Virus record (IMG/VR): IMGVR_UViG_3300047491_001507 | Origin: a virus | Strand: one strand, 5' to 3' | Length of the DNA: 64,000 nt | In this document: positions 54,073-63,356 of the stretch, one piece after another | How positions within the stretch are numbered: the stretch's first letter is position 1 | Layout of the letters: the number at the start of each line of letters is the position of its first letter | Position numbers and translations under genes: made by a program | Notes under the pieces: generated by a model | The model's database searches: none | What the model was told of the DNA's origin: nothing | Seen by the model: the letters and a program-made list of their open reading frames with translations, nothing else

Positions 54073-54190
54073 TAAATTATCCTTCTAAAAAGACTCTCTT
54101 TAGTATGTACAACAAGAGACACACATCAGCAAATATCAAAAAACTCACTATAATTGCCAGAGTTTTCCAAATTCGATCATGCATGTTAAA

Positions 54191-54454
54191 CTATTCCTCA
54201 AAGAATTCTATGTCAGTGACGCTTGTTTTAACTTCTGTCTTTACACATCCATCATCATCACTAAAACCACCAGCTTCAGTTAAAATTTCCGCAATATATT
54301 CTAAATTATCAATCTCCGAAGATAGCAATTGTTTAGCACTCAAGTTTTTTACGCCATAATCTGCTACTTCTGTTTCAAACCAACCAGTGATCGTTAAACT
54401 GGATTTAAATCTGACTTTCTTTGTCATTATTTTTGCCTTTTTCATCATTTCCAA
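54191..54454 (-). CDS. hypothetical acidic protein
   Basis: 87-aa ORF. Confidence 0.4.
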   Translation of the reverse strand: MEMMKKAKIMTKKVRFKSSLTITGWFETEVADYGVKNLSAKQLLSSEIDNLEYIAEILTEAGGFSDDDGCVKTEVKTSVTDIEFFEE

Positions 54455-54818
54455 TTGTGTACACCATGGCTATATAAGCACGTTTACTACTACTGGGAAT
54501 TTCCTTAATGATGTTTTCTTCATTCCTGACAAATTCAATAAATCTGTTGATGTCAGCGAATTCGGATTTCATACCGCCTCTTTTTTCGCTAACCCAATAC
54601 AAAATCCCGCACCAACCATATTTAAAGAATAAATCTCCTACCTCGCTTAATTCTTCATCAGAGACATATTCGCAATCAGCAAGTGCCCAACCCCAAGTAT
54701 CATTCATATTGAGGGTTTGCAACCACTTTGGCCCTTCATCTTCCAACAATTCTGATTCCTCATCGAAATAGAAAACTCCTGCTGCCCGTAACATCTGTCT
54801 TGCTTTTTCTGTATTCAT
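54405..54818 (-). CDS. hypothetical protein
   Basis: 137-aa ORF, Trp-rich. Confidence 0.5.
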   Translation of the reverse strand: MNTEKARQMLRAAGVFYFDEESELLEDEGPKWLQTLNMNDTWGWALADCEYVSDEELSEVGDLFFKYGWCGILYWVSEKRGGMKSEFADINRFIEFVRNEENIIKEIPSSSKRAYIAMVYTIGNDEKGKNNDKESQI

Positions 54819-55037
54819 TTACCATTCCTTTCCAATAGCATCATATACACACGTTGTTATCGCCAAAAAACCTACAGCATACAAAACAATTGCCGACCAG
54901 AAAGCCAATGTAGCTCCAGTAAATGCAGCTTTGCTTAGCCATTCTACCAAAAAAGGCCAAGCTACGAAAACTCCTACGATCTGAATTGAATTAAAAACTC
55001 TTAACATAAAAGACTCCTTTAGTATACAAAATTTCAA
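54819..55037 (-). CDS. small membrane protein (2 TM)
   Basis: 72-aa hydrophobic ORF just downstream (on the - strand) of a terminator hairpin. Confidence 0.45.
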   Translation of the reverse strand: MKFCILKESFMLRVFNSIQIVGVFVAWPFLVEWLSKAAFTGATLAFWSAIVLYAVGFLAITTCVYDAIGKEW

Positions 55038-55047
55038 CTATTTAAAA

Positions 55048-55092
55048 AAGCCCATTTCGAACAAAAACTATCGCTTGAAATGGGCTTTTTGG
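55048..55092. terminator. bidirectional rho-independent terminator
   Basis: AGCCCATTTC ... GAAATGGGCT 10-bp stem with T-runs on both strands. Confidence 0.55.
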
Positions 55093-55275
55093 AAAAATTT
55101 TTACTAAAAATCTTCTGTTTTTTCTTCTGGCTTTTCCTCTGGCTTTTCTTTAGGCTTTCCAAGCAAAAGCAAAAGGTCACGAATACTCACAACAGCAGAG
55201 CATCCAATGCCTTCTTTAGCCAAGTTTTCTTCCAAATCTTTACATCGCATGTCTTCTGGGATAGGCACATCCATT

Positions 55276-55659
55276 TCATTCCTCCAAATTCATAAAAGGG
55301 AAACCAAAAAAATCGTTTGTCATATATCCACAACCATATCCACGACCATCACCATCATAACTTCCTTGTCCTGAACCCAATTGATCAGAACTAAAATTTA
55401 ATCCATCGTGTCCAGGTATGCCACAGTATCCAGGCATGCCGCCATATCCAAACCCATGGCAATTTCCTAAACCAAACCCATTGCCACAACACACAGCGTC
55501 TTCGTTACGGCCAAGCCATTTGTCATTATATAATTTAATGCTTAGTATCTGAACATCATCATCGCCATGCCCATCTCCATTGTCAAAACCTCTCCCTGGA
55601 GTATTGCAGTTGTGATCTCCAAGCCCTTTGCCGTCACCGAAACCATCATTAGATTTCAT
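55276..55659 (-). CDS. Gly-rich GxGxG family protein
   Basis: GFGDGKGLGDHNC...GNGFGLGNCHGFGYGG...GDGRGYGCG. Confidence 0.55.
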   Translation of the reverse strand: MKSNDGFGDGKGLGDHNCNTPGRGFDNGDGHGDDDVQILSIKLYNDKWLGRNEDAVCCGNGFGLGNCHGFGYGGMPGYCGIPGHDGLNFSSDQLGSGQGSYDGDGRGYGCGYMTNDFFGFPFMNLEE

Positions 55660-55661
55660 AC

Positions 55662-55880
55662 CTAATTTACTCCAAATTTACAACCACAATTTGGACAACC
55701 TTCTATATATTCTGGGTCTTCTTTTGAAACAATCGTATCACAATGTTCATGGCAGTAAAAGCCTATTTCTCCAGCTTCTCTGTCATAAGCAATTGCTTCT
55801 ACAGGGTTTTGACAGTCATCATACTGACATCTATCTGGATATTCAAGCGGTTCATCTCGATTAACAATTTTAATTGTCAT
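55662..55880 (-). CDS. Cys-rich zinc-binding small protein
   Basis: CQYDDCQ...CHEHC...CPNCGC. Confidence 0.5.
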   Translation of the reverse strand: MTIKIVNRDEPLEYPDRCQYDDCQNPVEAIAYDREAGEIGFYCHEHCDTIVSKEDPEYIEGCPNCGCKFGVN

Positions 55881-56158
55881 ACTTTTACCTCCAAGCCATG
55901 TAATTCTGAATTTATTCCTTCGTACATGCTAGTTAGGTCATTGGCACGATGAGTGTCAATTTCATGTTGTTCAAACGGTAATGGCATGCATCTAAACCAA
56001 ACCGACACCACTTGTCCATTATAAGTTTCCACATCTAGATGTGTCGAACTATGGACTGTACCCCCATCACCGTAATATCGTGTGCCAGTTTTTGCGAATT
56101 CTTTTTGACGTTTTCTATAATTTCTGTCATGCCAGTAGTTTTTTAACCAGCCAAACAT
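55877..56158 (-). CDS. hypothetical protein
   Basis: 93-aa ORF; ATGA overlap. Confidence 0.5.
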   Translation of the reverse strand: MFGWLKNYWHDRNYRKRQKEFAKTGTRYYGDGGTVHSSTHLDVETYNGQVVSVWFRCMPLPFEQHEIDTHRANDLTSMYEGINSELHGLEVKV

Positions 56159-56418
56159 GTTAAATCACTTTCTATTTGAAGAAGAAAATAAACATAATTT
56201 ACAGCCTAATGCTACGGCTAGTCCTGTCTCTTGTATAAATTCAAAAAACGTACCGAAACTTGCAATACAAGAAATAAGAAATAAAAATGCCAAAATTAAA
56301 ATATGATTTTTATCCCAATTTAATAACATTTTTAACCTCTTGTGTAAGCTTTAAACTAGTTATGCTTGAAATGTATCAATTTTGAATACTAATTTCAATT
56401 CCAAAACGTAAATAATAC

Positions 56419-56700
56419 ATGAAATTCAAAGATTTTTTAATTGAAAGCTGCAAAGAGCCCGATTTCAACACCCTCAAGAAAAACAAAGTCAAATTAACAG
56501 ACGAAGAACGAAAAGAGGTGATGAAATCAGATGCAGTCTGGCATCATGGGTCGAATGGAGAACCGACTGCGGCTGTGTGGAAATCAGAAGTCGATGGTAA
56601 AATTTGGTACGTTACAAATACTCATCGAGCTTATAATGTTCGACCCACTCTAAAAGGTGCTATCAGCAGATATCACAAATTCATTAAAGGCACAGCTTAA
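56419..56700 (+). CDS. hypothetical protein (lone + strand gene in the - block)
   Basis: 93-aa ORF after an AT-rich gap (56160-56418) that may hold divergent promoters. Confidence 0.45.
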   Translation: MKFKDFLIESCKEPDFNTLKKNKVKLTDEERKEVMKSDAVWHHGSNGEPTAAVWKSEVDGKIWYVTNTHRAYNVRPTLKGAISRYHKFIKGTA

Positions 56701-57000
56701 TTACTTTGTTCTTACAAGTTTTGTCTCTATTAATTGGTTCTTTGGCCCTCTGACATAGAAATAATATCTAGAAACATATGTTTTATCCATATCTACATTG
56801 TGCCATTCCCCCATCCCCGTTCCACACCCTTCACCATTAATTACATCAAAAAACACATATCCGCTCCCGTCCTTGTGTCCTGAGCCATAACCACAGCCAA
56901 AACCTACTCCACTTACATCGCCACATATAATGTTTCCCTCTCCAAATCCACATCCTCTTTCGCTATCGAACTTAACACGACCGCTTAATATTGAATCCAT
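56701..57000 (-). CDS. Gly-rich GxGxG family protein
   Basis: GCGFGEGNIICGDVSGVGFGCGYGSGHKDGSGY. Confidence 0.5.
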   Translation of the reverse strand: MDSILSGRVKFDSERGCGFGEGNIICGDVSGVGFGCGYGSGHKDGSGYVFFDVINGEGCGTGMGEWHNVDMDKTYVSRYYFYVRGPKNQLIETKLVRTK

Positions 57001-57010
57001 AATTCTCCCA

Positions 57011-57286
57011 TTAATCTAAAAAAGGACATGTTCCACAACCATAAGCGTCATCCTCAATACATCCACAACCATAACCAGCTTCTAATCCACCACCTGAACC
57101 TGATCCATATCCTAGACCATGTCCGATGTCAGAATTAGGACCATATCCAGCATCCATGCCGCCACAAAATCCTGATTCGACGCCACGACCGCATCCAAAA
57201 CCAGTACTCCAGTTATTTCCCTGACCTGTAGCTGATCCACAGCCGTGACTTCCGCCAAGTAATTCATAAAGTTCAATATCATTCAT
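57011..57286 (-). CDS. Gly-rich GxGxG family protein
   Basis: ORF trimmed to MNDIELYELLGG...; ATGA overlap with the upstream gene. Confidence 0.5.
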   Translation of the reverse strand: MNDIELYELLGGSHGCGSATGQGNNWSTGFGCGRGVESGFCGGMDAGYGPNSDIGHGLGYGSGSGGGLEAGYGCGCIEDDAYGCGTCPFLD

Positions 57287-57579
57287 AAACAATCCTTTCC
57301 ATTCCCATTTCCCTCTCCAGCACCAATGCCACGCCCACACCACTCAATAGTATCTAAATCAATAATATCGTAATATTGTAATTCCTGAAGAATTCCTGCA
57401 CCAGAGCCATCTCCCCAAATATTTCCTGCACCAGAGCCATCTCCCCAATTGTATCCACAACCAGTAATACAATCGCAATAATCAAGATTTGATACACGGC
57501 CAAAAGCCCAACCATGATCTGAAGAATCTATTCCAGGGCTAATGCCATGACCCCAGCCACAACCATCAGGTTCGCTCAT
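57283..57579 (-). CDS. Gly-rich GxGxG family protein
   Basis: GCGWGHGISPG...NWGDGSGAGNIWGDGSGAG carries an internal duplication. Confidence 0.5.
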   Translation of the reverse strand: MSEPDGCGWGHGISPGIDSSDHGWAFGRVSNLDYCDCITGCGYNWGDGSGAGNIWGDGSGAGILQELQYYDIIDLDTIEWCGRGIGAGEGNGNGKDCL

Positions 57580-57851
57580 AAATCACCACCTCCAAATCCA
57601 GTTCCATCCTCATCACATCCAAATTCGCCATCTAGTCCATATTCACTTTCACTTCCACCGCCACGCCCATCATCTTGGTCACTTACATCGCTCTGATTGC
57701 CATAGCCACTACACAAAAACGTACCAGATCCATCTCCGTCTCCATAGCCATGACCTCGACCTGTTTCTGTTTCCATGTCAATACTAGGAATGCAGCCTGG
57801 ACCACTAGAAATACATTCAAGAAATGCATGGGTTTCCATTTCCGTCTCCAA
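57576..57851 (-). CDS. Gly-rich GxGxG family protein
   Basis: GRGHGYGDGDGSG...GRGGGSESEYG. Confidence 0.5.
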   Translation of the reverse strand: METEMETHAFLECISSGPGCIPSIDMETETGRGHGYGDGDGSGTFLCSGYGNQSDVSDQDDGRGGGSESEYGLDGEFGCDEDGTGFGGGDL

Positions 57852-57853
57852 AT

Positions 57854-58093
57854 CTATGGACCACTAGTTTCGTAGTTGTAATTCTGATTTCCATTTCCAG
57901 ATCCTTTTCCATAACCCCACCCGTCGCCACATCCTTCTCCATAACCTGTGCCTCTCATACTGCCAAATCCACAACAATCTTCATGGCCGCAGCCATGACC
58001 GCTTTTTGTGTAGATCCATAAATCGTCACCACCACCACAACCGGTGCCATCCTCTGAACCATGACCAGCAAAACTATTTAAACATTCTTCCAT
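57854..58093 (-). CDS. Gly-rich GxGxG family protein
   Basis: GHGSEDGTGCGGGDD...GHGCGHEDCCGFGSMRGTGYGEGCGDGWGYGKGSGNG. Confidence 0.5.
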   Translation of the reverse strand: MEECLNSFAGHGSEDGTGCGGGDDLWIYTKSGHGCGHEDCCGFGSMRGTGYGEGCGDGWGYGKGSGNGNQNYNYETSGP

Positions 58094-58404
58094 TAATATT
58101 CTCCAATTCCAATTGCAGTTTCATGACCTCTTTGGCCTAATCGAACCACTCGCTCAAGTTCAAGTCCATGTCCATAGCCATCATTATAATACGAACCAGA
58201 ACCAGTGCCTATTCCTGAGCCATGACCATCACTGCCATAACCGTACCCATCTGTACAGCCATTGCCATAGCCATTGCCGATATTATCACCTTCGCAATAT
58301 ATTCCAGCACCTTTTCCGCTGCCAATCTCTGTATCGCAACTGTGTTGGGCACATCCTGAACCATCGAGATAGCCCATTCCGCTTCCATTATTCATTAGAA
58401 TCAC
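58093..58404 (-). CDS. Gly-rich GxGxG family protein (close paralog of 61673..61966)
   Basis: GNGYGNGCTDGYGYGSDGHGSGIGTGSGSYY. Confidence 0.5.
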   Translation of the reverse strand: MILMNNGSGMGYLDGSGCAQHSCDTEIGSGKGAGIYCEGDNIGNGYGNGCTDGYGYGSDGHGSGIGTGSGSYYNDGYGHGLELERVVRLGQRGHETAIGIGEY

Positions 58405-58767
58405 CTATACAATTAATAATTCCTTTTTTCCATAACAATGATCGAAACAGTGTTCCTCTCCTGTCCCATCATGTTTACTATAAGTAAAACTGTCGCCTGA
58501 GCCATATCCTTTGCCAGAAAATACACCAGAACCAGAGCCAGGATTAATTCCAAAGCCTGTTCCACAACCTGTATAATCAAATCCAGTATGTCCTTCAGCA
58601 TTGCCTGTTCCTGCTTCAGAATCCATGTGGCCGTGAAGTCCATAGCCTGTTCCACTCACAGAACAAGAACCGCCAGCATGCCAGCCATCTCCAGAGCCCA
58701 CTCCTGCATTGAACATATAACCAAAACCTGAACTACGACCACAACCAAATTTACCATTAATCTTCAT
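58405..58767 (-). CDS. Gly-rich GxGxG family protein (close paralog of 58781..59134)
   Basis: MKINGKFGCGRSSGFGYMF...; GGTGAGGAAAAA SD. Confidence 0.55.
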   Translation of the reverse strand: MKINGKFGCGRSSGFGYMFNAGVGSGDGWHAGGSCSVSGTGYGLHGHMDSEAGTGNAEGHTGFDYTGCGTGFGINPGSGSGVFSGKGYGSGDSFTYSKHDGTGEEHCFDHCYGKKELLIV

Positions 58768-58780
58768 GATTTTTCCTCAC

Positions 58781-59134
58781 CTATACAATAAACAATTCAT
58801 TTCCATTACTATAGTCCCTTCCTGTTCCTGCTCCATCATGTTCGCTATAAAGATAACTTTCGCCATAACCATACCCATCGCCCTTACCAGTGCCAGAGCC
58901 TGTTCTTACTCCAGAACCTGTTCCACAACCTGAATAATTAAAACCAGTATGACCTACAGTATTACCTGTGCCTTTATCAGAATACCATCTGCTGGTAAGC
59001 CCATATCCTGTTCCCCTTTTAGAACAAAAACCGCTAACAAAAAACAAACCATCTCCATTGCCTGTTCCTGCCTCAGTAAACATATAGCCAGAACCCGAAC
59101 TACGACCACAACCAAATTTGCCAATATTATTCAT
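58781..59134 (-). CDS. Gly-rich GxGxG family protein
   Basis: Trimmed to MNNIGKFGCGRSSGSGYMF... Confidence 0.5.
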   Translation of the reverse strand: MNNIGKFGCGRSSGSGYMFTEAGTGNGDGLFFVSGFCSKRGTGYGLTSRWYSDKGTGNTVGHTGFNYSGCGTGSGVRTGSGTGKGDGYGYGESYLYSEHDGAGTGRDYSNGNELFIV

Positions 59135-59544
59135 GATTTTTTCACACAATAAGAAAAACTGCTGTAACTAGCTTTTTTATAAGAAACTATCCAGGTGGGT
59201 ATAATATTTCCCTCTTCAAAAATAGAATTCTCTCGATCTAATTCCATTTCAACATCTTCAAACTTCCATTCTTCAAGAAGATCTCCAATTCCATCATATA
59301 ATCTAAGAGTTGCCGTTATTGCCTGAGATGCATTGCTGAATTTATCAAATTCTTCTTTTGCTTTGTCTTTTTCTTCATACATCGTAAAATACTGTATTAT
59401 CTTGATTTTTCCGTCTAAAAACTTTAACTCGCCATTATTTTCTTCGGCAACTGGACGTTCATCCAGTCTTACAAAACTTTCTCGAAATACTATGTTGCTG
59501 TTTTTATCACTCGCTTCAAATGTCCATCGGAATTTACGCATCAA
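59131..59544 (-). CDS. hypothetical protein (not Gly-rich) embedded in the Gly-rich array
   Basis: 137-aa ORF. Confidence 0.5.
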   Translation of the reverse strand: MMRKFRWTFEASDKNSNIVFRESFVRLDERPVAEENNGELKFLDGKIKIIQYFTMYEEKDKAKEEFDKFSNASQAITATLRLYDGIGDLLEEWKFEDVEMELDRENSIFEEGNIIPTWIVSYKKASYSSFSYCVKKS

Positions 59545-59569
59545 TATTCTCCATTATTAAACAAAATTT

Positions 59570-59881
59570 TTATCCATTTCCAGTGCAATCTTGAATTACT
59601 CCCGCTCCCTCTCCACAAATTCCACGACCTAAATCAATATGTAAGCCTTCGCCATGGCCAGTGCCAGTGCCATATCCATCAGAGCATTCGCCGTAGCTAC
59701 AACTATGACCTACTCCTTCTTTTCGCCCAAAACCGCTTACTAAAAAAGATTCTCCAAAACCCTTGCCATCTTTATGTCCAAAACCACTTGCTATGCCAGA
59801 ACTAGCGGCAAGCATCTTCGGCAACGATGGTACAAATGCTAATTTTTCTTCCAACTGTTTCAGGTCAATTGTGTGTTTCAT
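59570..59881 (-). CDS. Gly-rich GxGxG family protein
   Basis: SGFGHKDGKGFGE...GYGTGTGHGEG. Confidence 0.5.
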   Translation of the reverse strand: MKHTIDLKQLEEKLAFVPSLPKMLAASSGIASGFGHKDGKGFGESFLVSGFGRKEGVGHSCSYGECSDGYGTGTGHGEGLHIDLGRGICGEGAGVIQDCTGNG

Positions 59882-60188
59882 TAATTAAATTCCTCTTGTG
59901 TAGAAGTCCATAGCCTGTTCCAATCATAGAACAAGTGAATCTTGGAGTGTCATAATGTAAATCTTGTACAAGATGTTTTTCATCATCATCACCATAACCA
60001 GACCCATCCTCTAAACCATGACTTGAAACATAGTCGCAAAAATTTCCACTTGACCCGCCACAATCTTCGCTCCCAAATCCATTGCCAATACCATATCCAA
60101 ATCCAAATTCATATTCTGATCCAAATCCACTACTAAAATCATCAATATCACTTAAACCACAACCAAATCCATTACTATCACTGTTCAT
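59865..60188 (-). CDS. Gly-rich GxGxG family protein (paralog of 60938..61222)
   Basis: Trimmed to MNSDSNGFGCGLSDIDDFSSGFGSEYEFGFGYGIGNGFGSED. Confidence 0.5.
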   Translation of the reverse strand: MNSDSNGFGCGLSDIDDFSSGFGSEYEFGFGYGIGNGFGSEDCGGSSGNFCDYVSSHGLEDGSGYGDDDEKHLVQDLHYDTPRFTCSMIGTGYGLLHKRNLINETHN

Positions 60189-60466
60189 GTATAATCTCCA
60201 TGACCACAACATTTATCTTTAGTACTTTCGCCACCAGAACCTGAAGGAATACCAAATCCATAACCATGATTTAGCAGGAAGTCTGCATATTCATCTCCTT
60301 CTCCATAACCTATGCCTAAATCGTAATTTTGTACATAATGAAGTCCATGGCCCGTTCCGTCTTTATAACCATAACCGTTTGCGAAAACGCCAATTCCATA
60401 GCCATATCCATTTCTATGACCGCTTTCTAGACCAACACTTTCAGGATAACCACAATTTTTCGTCAT
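60185..60466 (-). CDS. Gly-rich GxGxG family protein (paralog of 60463..60741)
   Basis: SGHRNGYGYGIGVFANGYGYKDGTGHG...HGYGFGIPSGSGGESTKDKCCGHGDY. Confidence 0.5.
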   Translation of the reverse strand: MTKNCGYPESVGLESGHRNGYGYGIGVFANGYGYKDGTGHGLHYVQNYDLGIGYGEGDEYADFLLNHGYGFGIPSGSGGESTKDKCCGHGDYT

Positions 60467-60741
60467 TCAATACTCCTTGTGCATTCATATTCATTATAAT
60501 CTCCATGACCACAACATTTATTTTTAGTACTTTCTAGACCAGAACCTTCAGGGTTACCAAATCCATAACCATGATTTAGCATTGATGCATCTGCATCTTC
60601 CTCTCCATGACCTATGGTTCCGTCATAATCCTCGATATTTCCATAACCTGACCCATCTCTATAACCATGACCATTTGCGAAAATGCCATTCCCATGACCA
60701 TTTCCATTTCTGTGACCACTTTCTAAATCAGAATAACTCAT
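60463..60741 (-). CDS. Gly-rich GxGxG family protein
   Basis: SGHRNGNGHGNGIFANGHGYRDGSGYG...KNKCCGHGDY. Confidence 0.5.
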   Translation of the reverse strand: MSYSDLESGHRNGNGHGNGIFANGHGYRDGSGYGNIEDYDGTIGHGEEDADASMLNHGYGFGNPEGSGLESTKNKCCGHGDYNEYECTRSIE

Positions 60742-60922
60742 GTGTGTATTCCTTATTTGAATTGTAAACTTCTACATGGCCTTCTTCGGTATACTTCCCA
60801 ATACTATATGATTTGCATAAACCTGATTCTTGCAAAGAAATAGCACAATTCTTAGCGTCTGCCAAACTTTTAAAAGAAGTTCCATAGCACGCAATTTGAG
60901 TAGTATCTGTTAAAGTAAACAT
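60728..60922 (-). CDS. hypothetical small protein
   Basis: 64-aa ORF. Confidence 0.45.
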   Translation of the reverse strand: MFTLTDTTQIACYGTSFKSLADAKNCAISLQESGLCKSYSIGKYTEEGHVEVYNSNKEYTHELF

Positions 60923-60937
60923 TGTAAATAATTCCTT

Positions 60938-61222
60938 TCATACCCACATATACTTTTTGGTGCTTCCATGACATCTACCACCGCATGGGGCACCTTGCCC
61001 CTGTGCCCATCCTTCATCACTACCATAACCAGACCCATTTTCTGAACCATTAGTAGAATGGTATTTATAAAAGTTTTCACTCGATCCATTGTAATTGTCA
61101 TTGCCATATCCTGAAGCAATGCCATACCCGAATCCGCAGCCACATTTTGATCCAAATCCACCACTAAAATCGTCAATATCTCCTAAACCACAACCAAATC
61201 CATCCACCTCAATTTCAGACAT
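60938..61222 (-). CDS. Gly-rich GxGxG family protein
   Basis: Trimmed to MSEIEVDGFGCGLGDIDDFSGGFGSKCGCGFGYGIASGYG with an AAGGTGG SD. Confidence 0.5.
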   Translation of the reverse strand: MSEIEVDGFGCGLGDIDDFSGGFGSKCGCGFGYGIASGYGNDNYNGSSENFYKYHSTNGSENGSGYGSDEGWAQGQGAPCGGRCHGSTKKYMWV

Positions 61223-61306
61223 AAATTTTTCCACCTTTACTCTATTATAACATAAAAAGCAATGAAAAAAGCTGAAGAACTCATGGAAAAACACAAAGGA
61301 GAAGGT

Positions 61307-61522
61307 TTAGATTTTTGATTTTTTAACCAAATCTAAACCAATTTTCACCACAGAAGTCATTGCACAACTTCTGTCAATGTAATGCCTGTTTCTTAATATA
61401 TTTCGCTCTGCACCTCCTTTGCTTATCCACCCCTCATTGCCACAAATGTCACAACGCATTTTAATCTTGTGTTGTGAACTGACTTTTTTGTGTTTTTCTC
61501 TAAATTCTTTAATGTTCATCAC
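61307..61522 (-). CDS. small Cys-containing protein
   Basis: CDICGNEGW...RSC. Confidence 0.45.
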   Translation of the reverse strand: MMNIKEFREKHKKVSSQHKIKMRCDICGNEGWISKGGAERNILRNRHYIDRSCAMTSVVKIGLDLVKKSKI

Positions 61523-61672
61523 TTCCTCTTAAACTTGGAAACGGTTTGTTCAATTCGGGCAAACATATCCTTTTAAGTATGTTCTGGCGACGAAAAATCA
61601 CTTCTTGCATTGAAAGAGTTGAAAACTTCTGCCTTCTTTGAACGCAAATCGAACACTGACATGGTTTGTATT

Positions 61673-61966
61673 TCATCGATATTTCCCCTCTCCATTTGGA
61701 GTTTCAAAACCATCTACTACGATGCCATTTGCATAATCACCACAGTAATAATACGAACCAGCACCGCTCCCGTCTCCTGAACCATGGCCACTAACACCAT
61801 AACCATAACCTTCCGCAGAACCATTGCCATAGCCGGTACAGAATTGATCTCCACAATATGTTCCACCGCCTTTTCCACGACCAGTATCTAATCCTGCTCC
61901 ATTGCAACATCCCTCTCCATGTCCATTGCCATATTCACCACATCCAGAACTGTATGTCCAACTCAT
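61673..61966 (-). CDS. Gly-rich GxGxG family protein
   Basis: SGCGEYGNGHGEGCCNGAGL...GYGNGSAEGYGYGVSGHGSGDGSGAGSYYY. Confidence 0.5.
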   Translation of the reverse strand: MSWTYSSGCGEYGNGHGEGCCNGAGLDTGRGKGGGTYCGDQFCTGYGNGSAEGYGYGVSGHGSGDGSGAGSYYYCGDYANGIVVDGFETPNGEGKYR

Positions 61967-62242
61967 TTAAATACTCCTAGCTAATCTGCCGCTCCCATCA
62001 CCATATTCTTGTGCCTCTATACAATAAAATGGCTCATCAAAAATTACTTTAACACCATCGTATCTTGTTACTTCAGTAACCAAATAAGTAGGAACGGTCA
62101 AAATCTTTGTTCTGTGGACATCCCATCCATTTTCTTTAATTATCTGTATTGCTTCATATTGTCCGTATCGTACTCGCTCCTCATGACCATCAGTATAGAT
62201 GTGAGTGCATGTCGTAGGTTTAGAAAATGTCAATTGTTTCAT
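61967..62242 (-). CDS. hypothetical protein
   Basis: 91-aa ORF contiguous with the upstream gene. Confidence 0.5.
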   Translation of the reverse strand: MKQLTFSKPTTCTHIYTDGHEERVRYGQYEAIQIIKENGWDVHRTKILTVPTYLVTEVTRYDGVKVIFDEPFYCIEAQEYGDGSGRLARSI

Positions 62243-62803
62243 TTACGCTCCACAATACTCTGATAAATGCTTAGGTTGTGGCAACATCTTCTGAAGAACT
62301 TTCCTCAATCTAAATCGATAAGGCTTTTCTTCAACATGTACTATTTCGCCATTTTCTATGCTTTCTTCCTGTACATTATCACATGTAAATCTGATAACTG
62401 CCCAACATAGACTGTCCCAAGGATTAGTGTGTTCTTTAGATAACCATTTCACTCCGCTATATTTAGTTTTTTTCTTTAATTGCCATTTATGATCATCATT
62501 ACAATCCAATTCCCAAGTTTCTGTTTCAAATTCCTCAGGAATTGTTGGAAATTGTACAATTGCCATATTGCCAGTAGAAGCCTCTCTTTCAGTAACAACA
62601 TGATCCAAAACTTGTTTGCCTTCAGTAAATGAAATCAAATCATTACATTGAAACAAATCGCTATTCATTGTGTAATAATCTGGATCATTATAAATGGTTA
62701 CGCCAAGAATTACATTGACATCAATTGGACCACCATGGAGTAACCCCGTCACAAAACTAAAATGTTCCACTTTTGCTCTTAAAAATGTAGCTGTAGTTTC
62801 CAT
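62243..62803 (-). CDS. hypothetical protein
   Basis: 186-aa ORF. Confidence 0.5.
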   Translation of the reverse strand: METTATFLRAKVEHFSFVTGLLHGGPIDVNVILGVTIYNDPDYYTMNSDLFQCNDLISFTEGKQVLDHVVTEREASTGNMAIVQFPTIPEEFETETWELDCNDDHKWQLKKKTKYSGVKWLSKEHTNPWDSLCWAVIRFTCDNVQEESIENGEIVHVEEKPYRFRLRKVLQKMLPQPKHLSEYCGA

Positions 62804-62804
62804 C

Positions 62805-63356
62805 TCAAAATCCCTCCTCTTTTTTTTGAGTTATACTCTTAATACCCCATCCAGCATAATCTCGTTCCTCAACCTTCACCACTATATCCCCTGAATTTTG
62901 TAAGATTTCAATCGCCTCTAACTTGGCCTCTTCAAGAGAATTAGCACAAATGTTCATCTCGACTTCCCGCACAACACCACGATTAATTTCGTCTTTAATT
63001 TTATCTATTTGTTCTTGTGAAAGCGGAGAATGCGTTATTTTACCATTCTCAATTTTTATGTTTTGCATACATGCAAGTGTAGCTGTTGTTTGTTTATAAT
63101 GAATCAACAAGTAGTATTCATTTTTTCTTGGTTCACGCCATGCTAAATATTGTTCGCCACTGTCGCTAATTTCAATCGGCAATCCAGTGCCTTCGCAACA
63201 ACGGCATGGCTCTCCAGCAATCGTTCTGTCACCACCACAAATTTTACAATTTTTCATAACTAACAAATCAGGGTTTTGAATAATAACTTGTAATTTAACA
63301 TCTTCCATAAACTGCTCACGACTAATGCCAAACAATATATCAAACATATCTTCCAT
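62805..63356 (-). CDS. protein with DnaJ-type CxxCxGxG zinc finger
   Basis: CKICGGDRTIAGEPCRCCEGTG. Confidence 0.5.
   Translation of the reverse strand: MEDMFDILFGISREQFMEDVKLQVIIQNPDLLVMKNCKICGGDRTIAGEPCRCCEGTGLPIEISDSGEQYLAWREPRKNEYYLLIHYKQTTATLACMQNIKIENGKITHSPLSQEQIDKIKDEINRGVVREVEMNICANSLEEAKLEAIEILQNSGDIVVKVEERDYAGWGIKSITQKKEEGF

Noticed and set aside
55080-55295. 71-aa + strand ORF
   Set aside because: Spans the bidirectional terminator hairpin and intergenic DNA. Leu/Phe-rich translation of AT-rich sequence.
57675-60136. + strand ORFs (57675..57875, 57824..58021, 58113..58487, 58949..59152, 59942..60136) antisense to the Gly-rich genes
   Set aside because: Antisense to GGN-rich codons (NCC-rich on the + strand). 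His/Thr-rich low-complexity translations without SD or gene-chain context. The - strand genes have SDs, ATGA coupling and paralog conservation.
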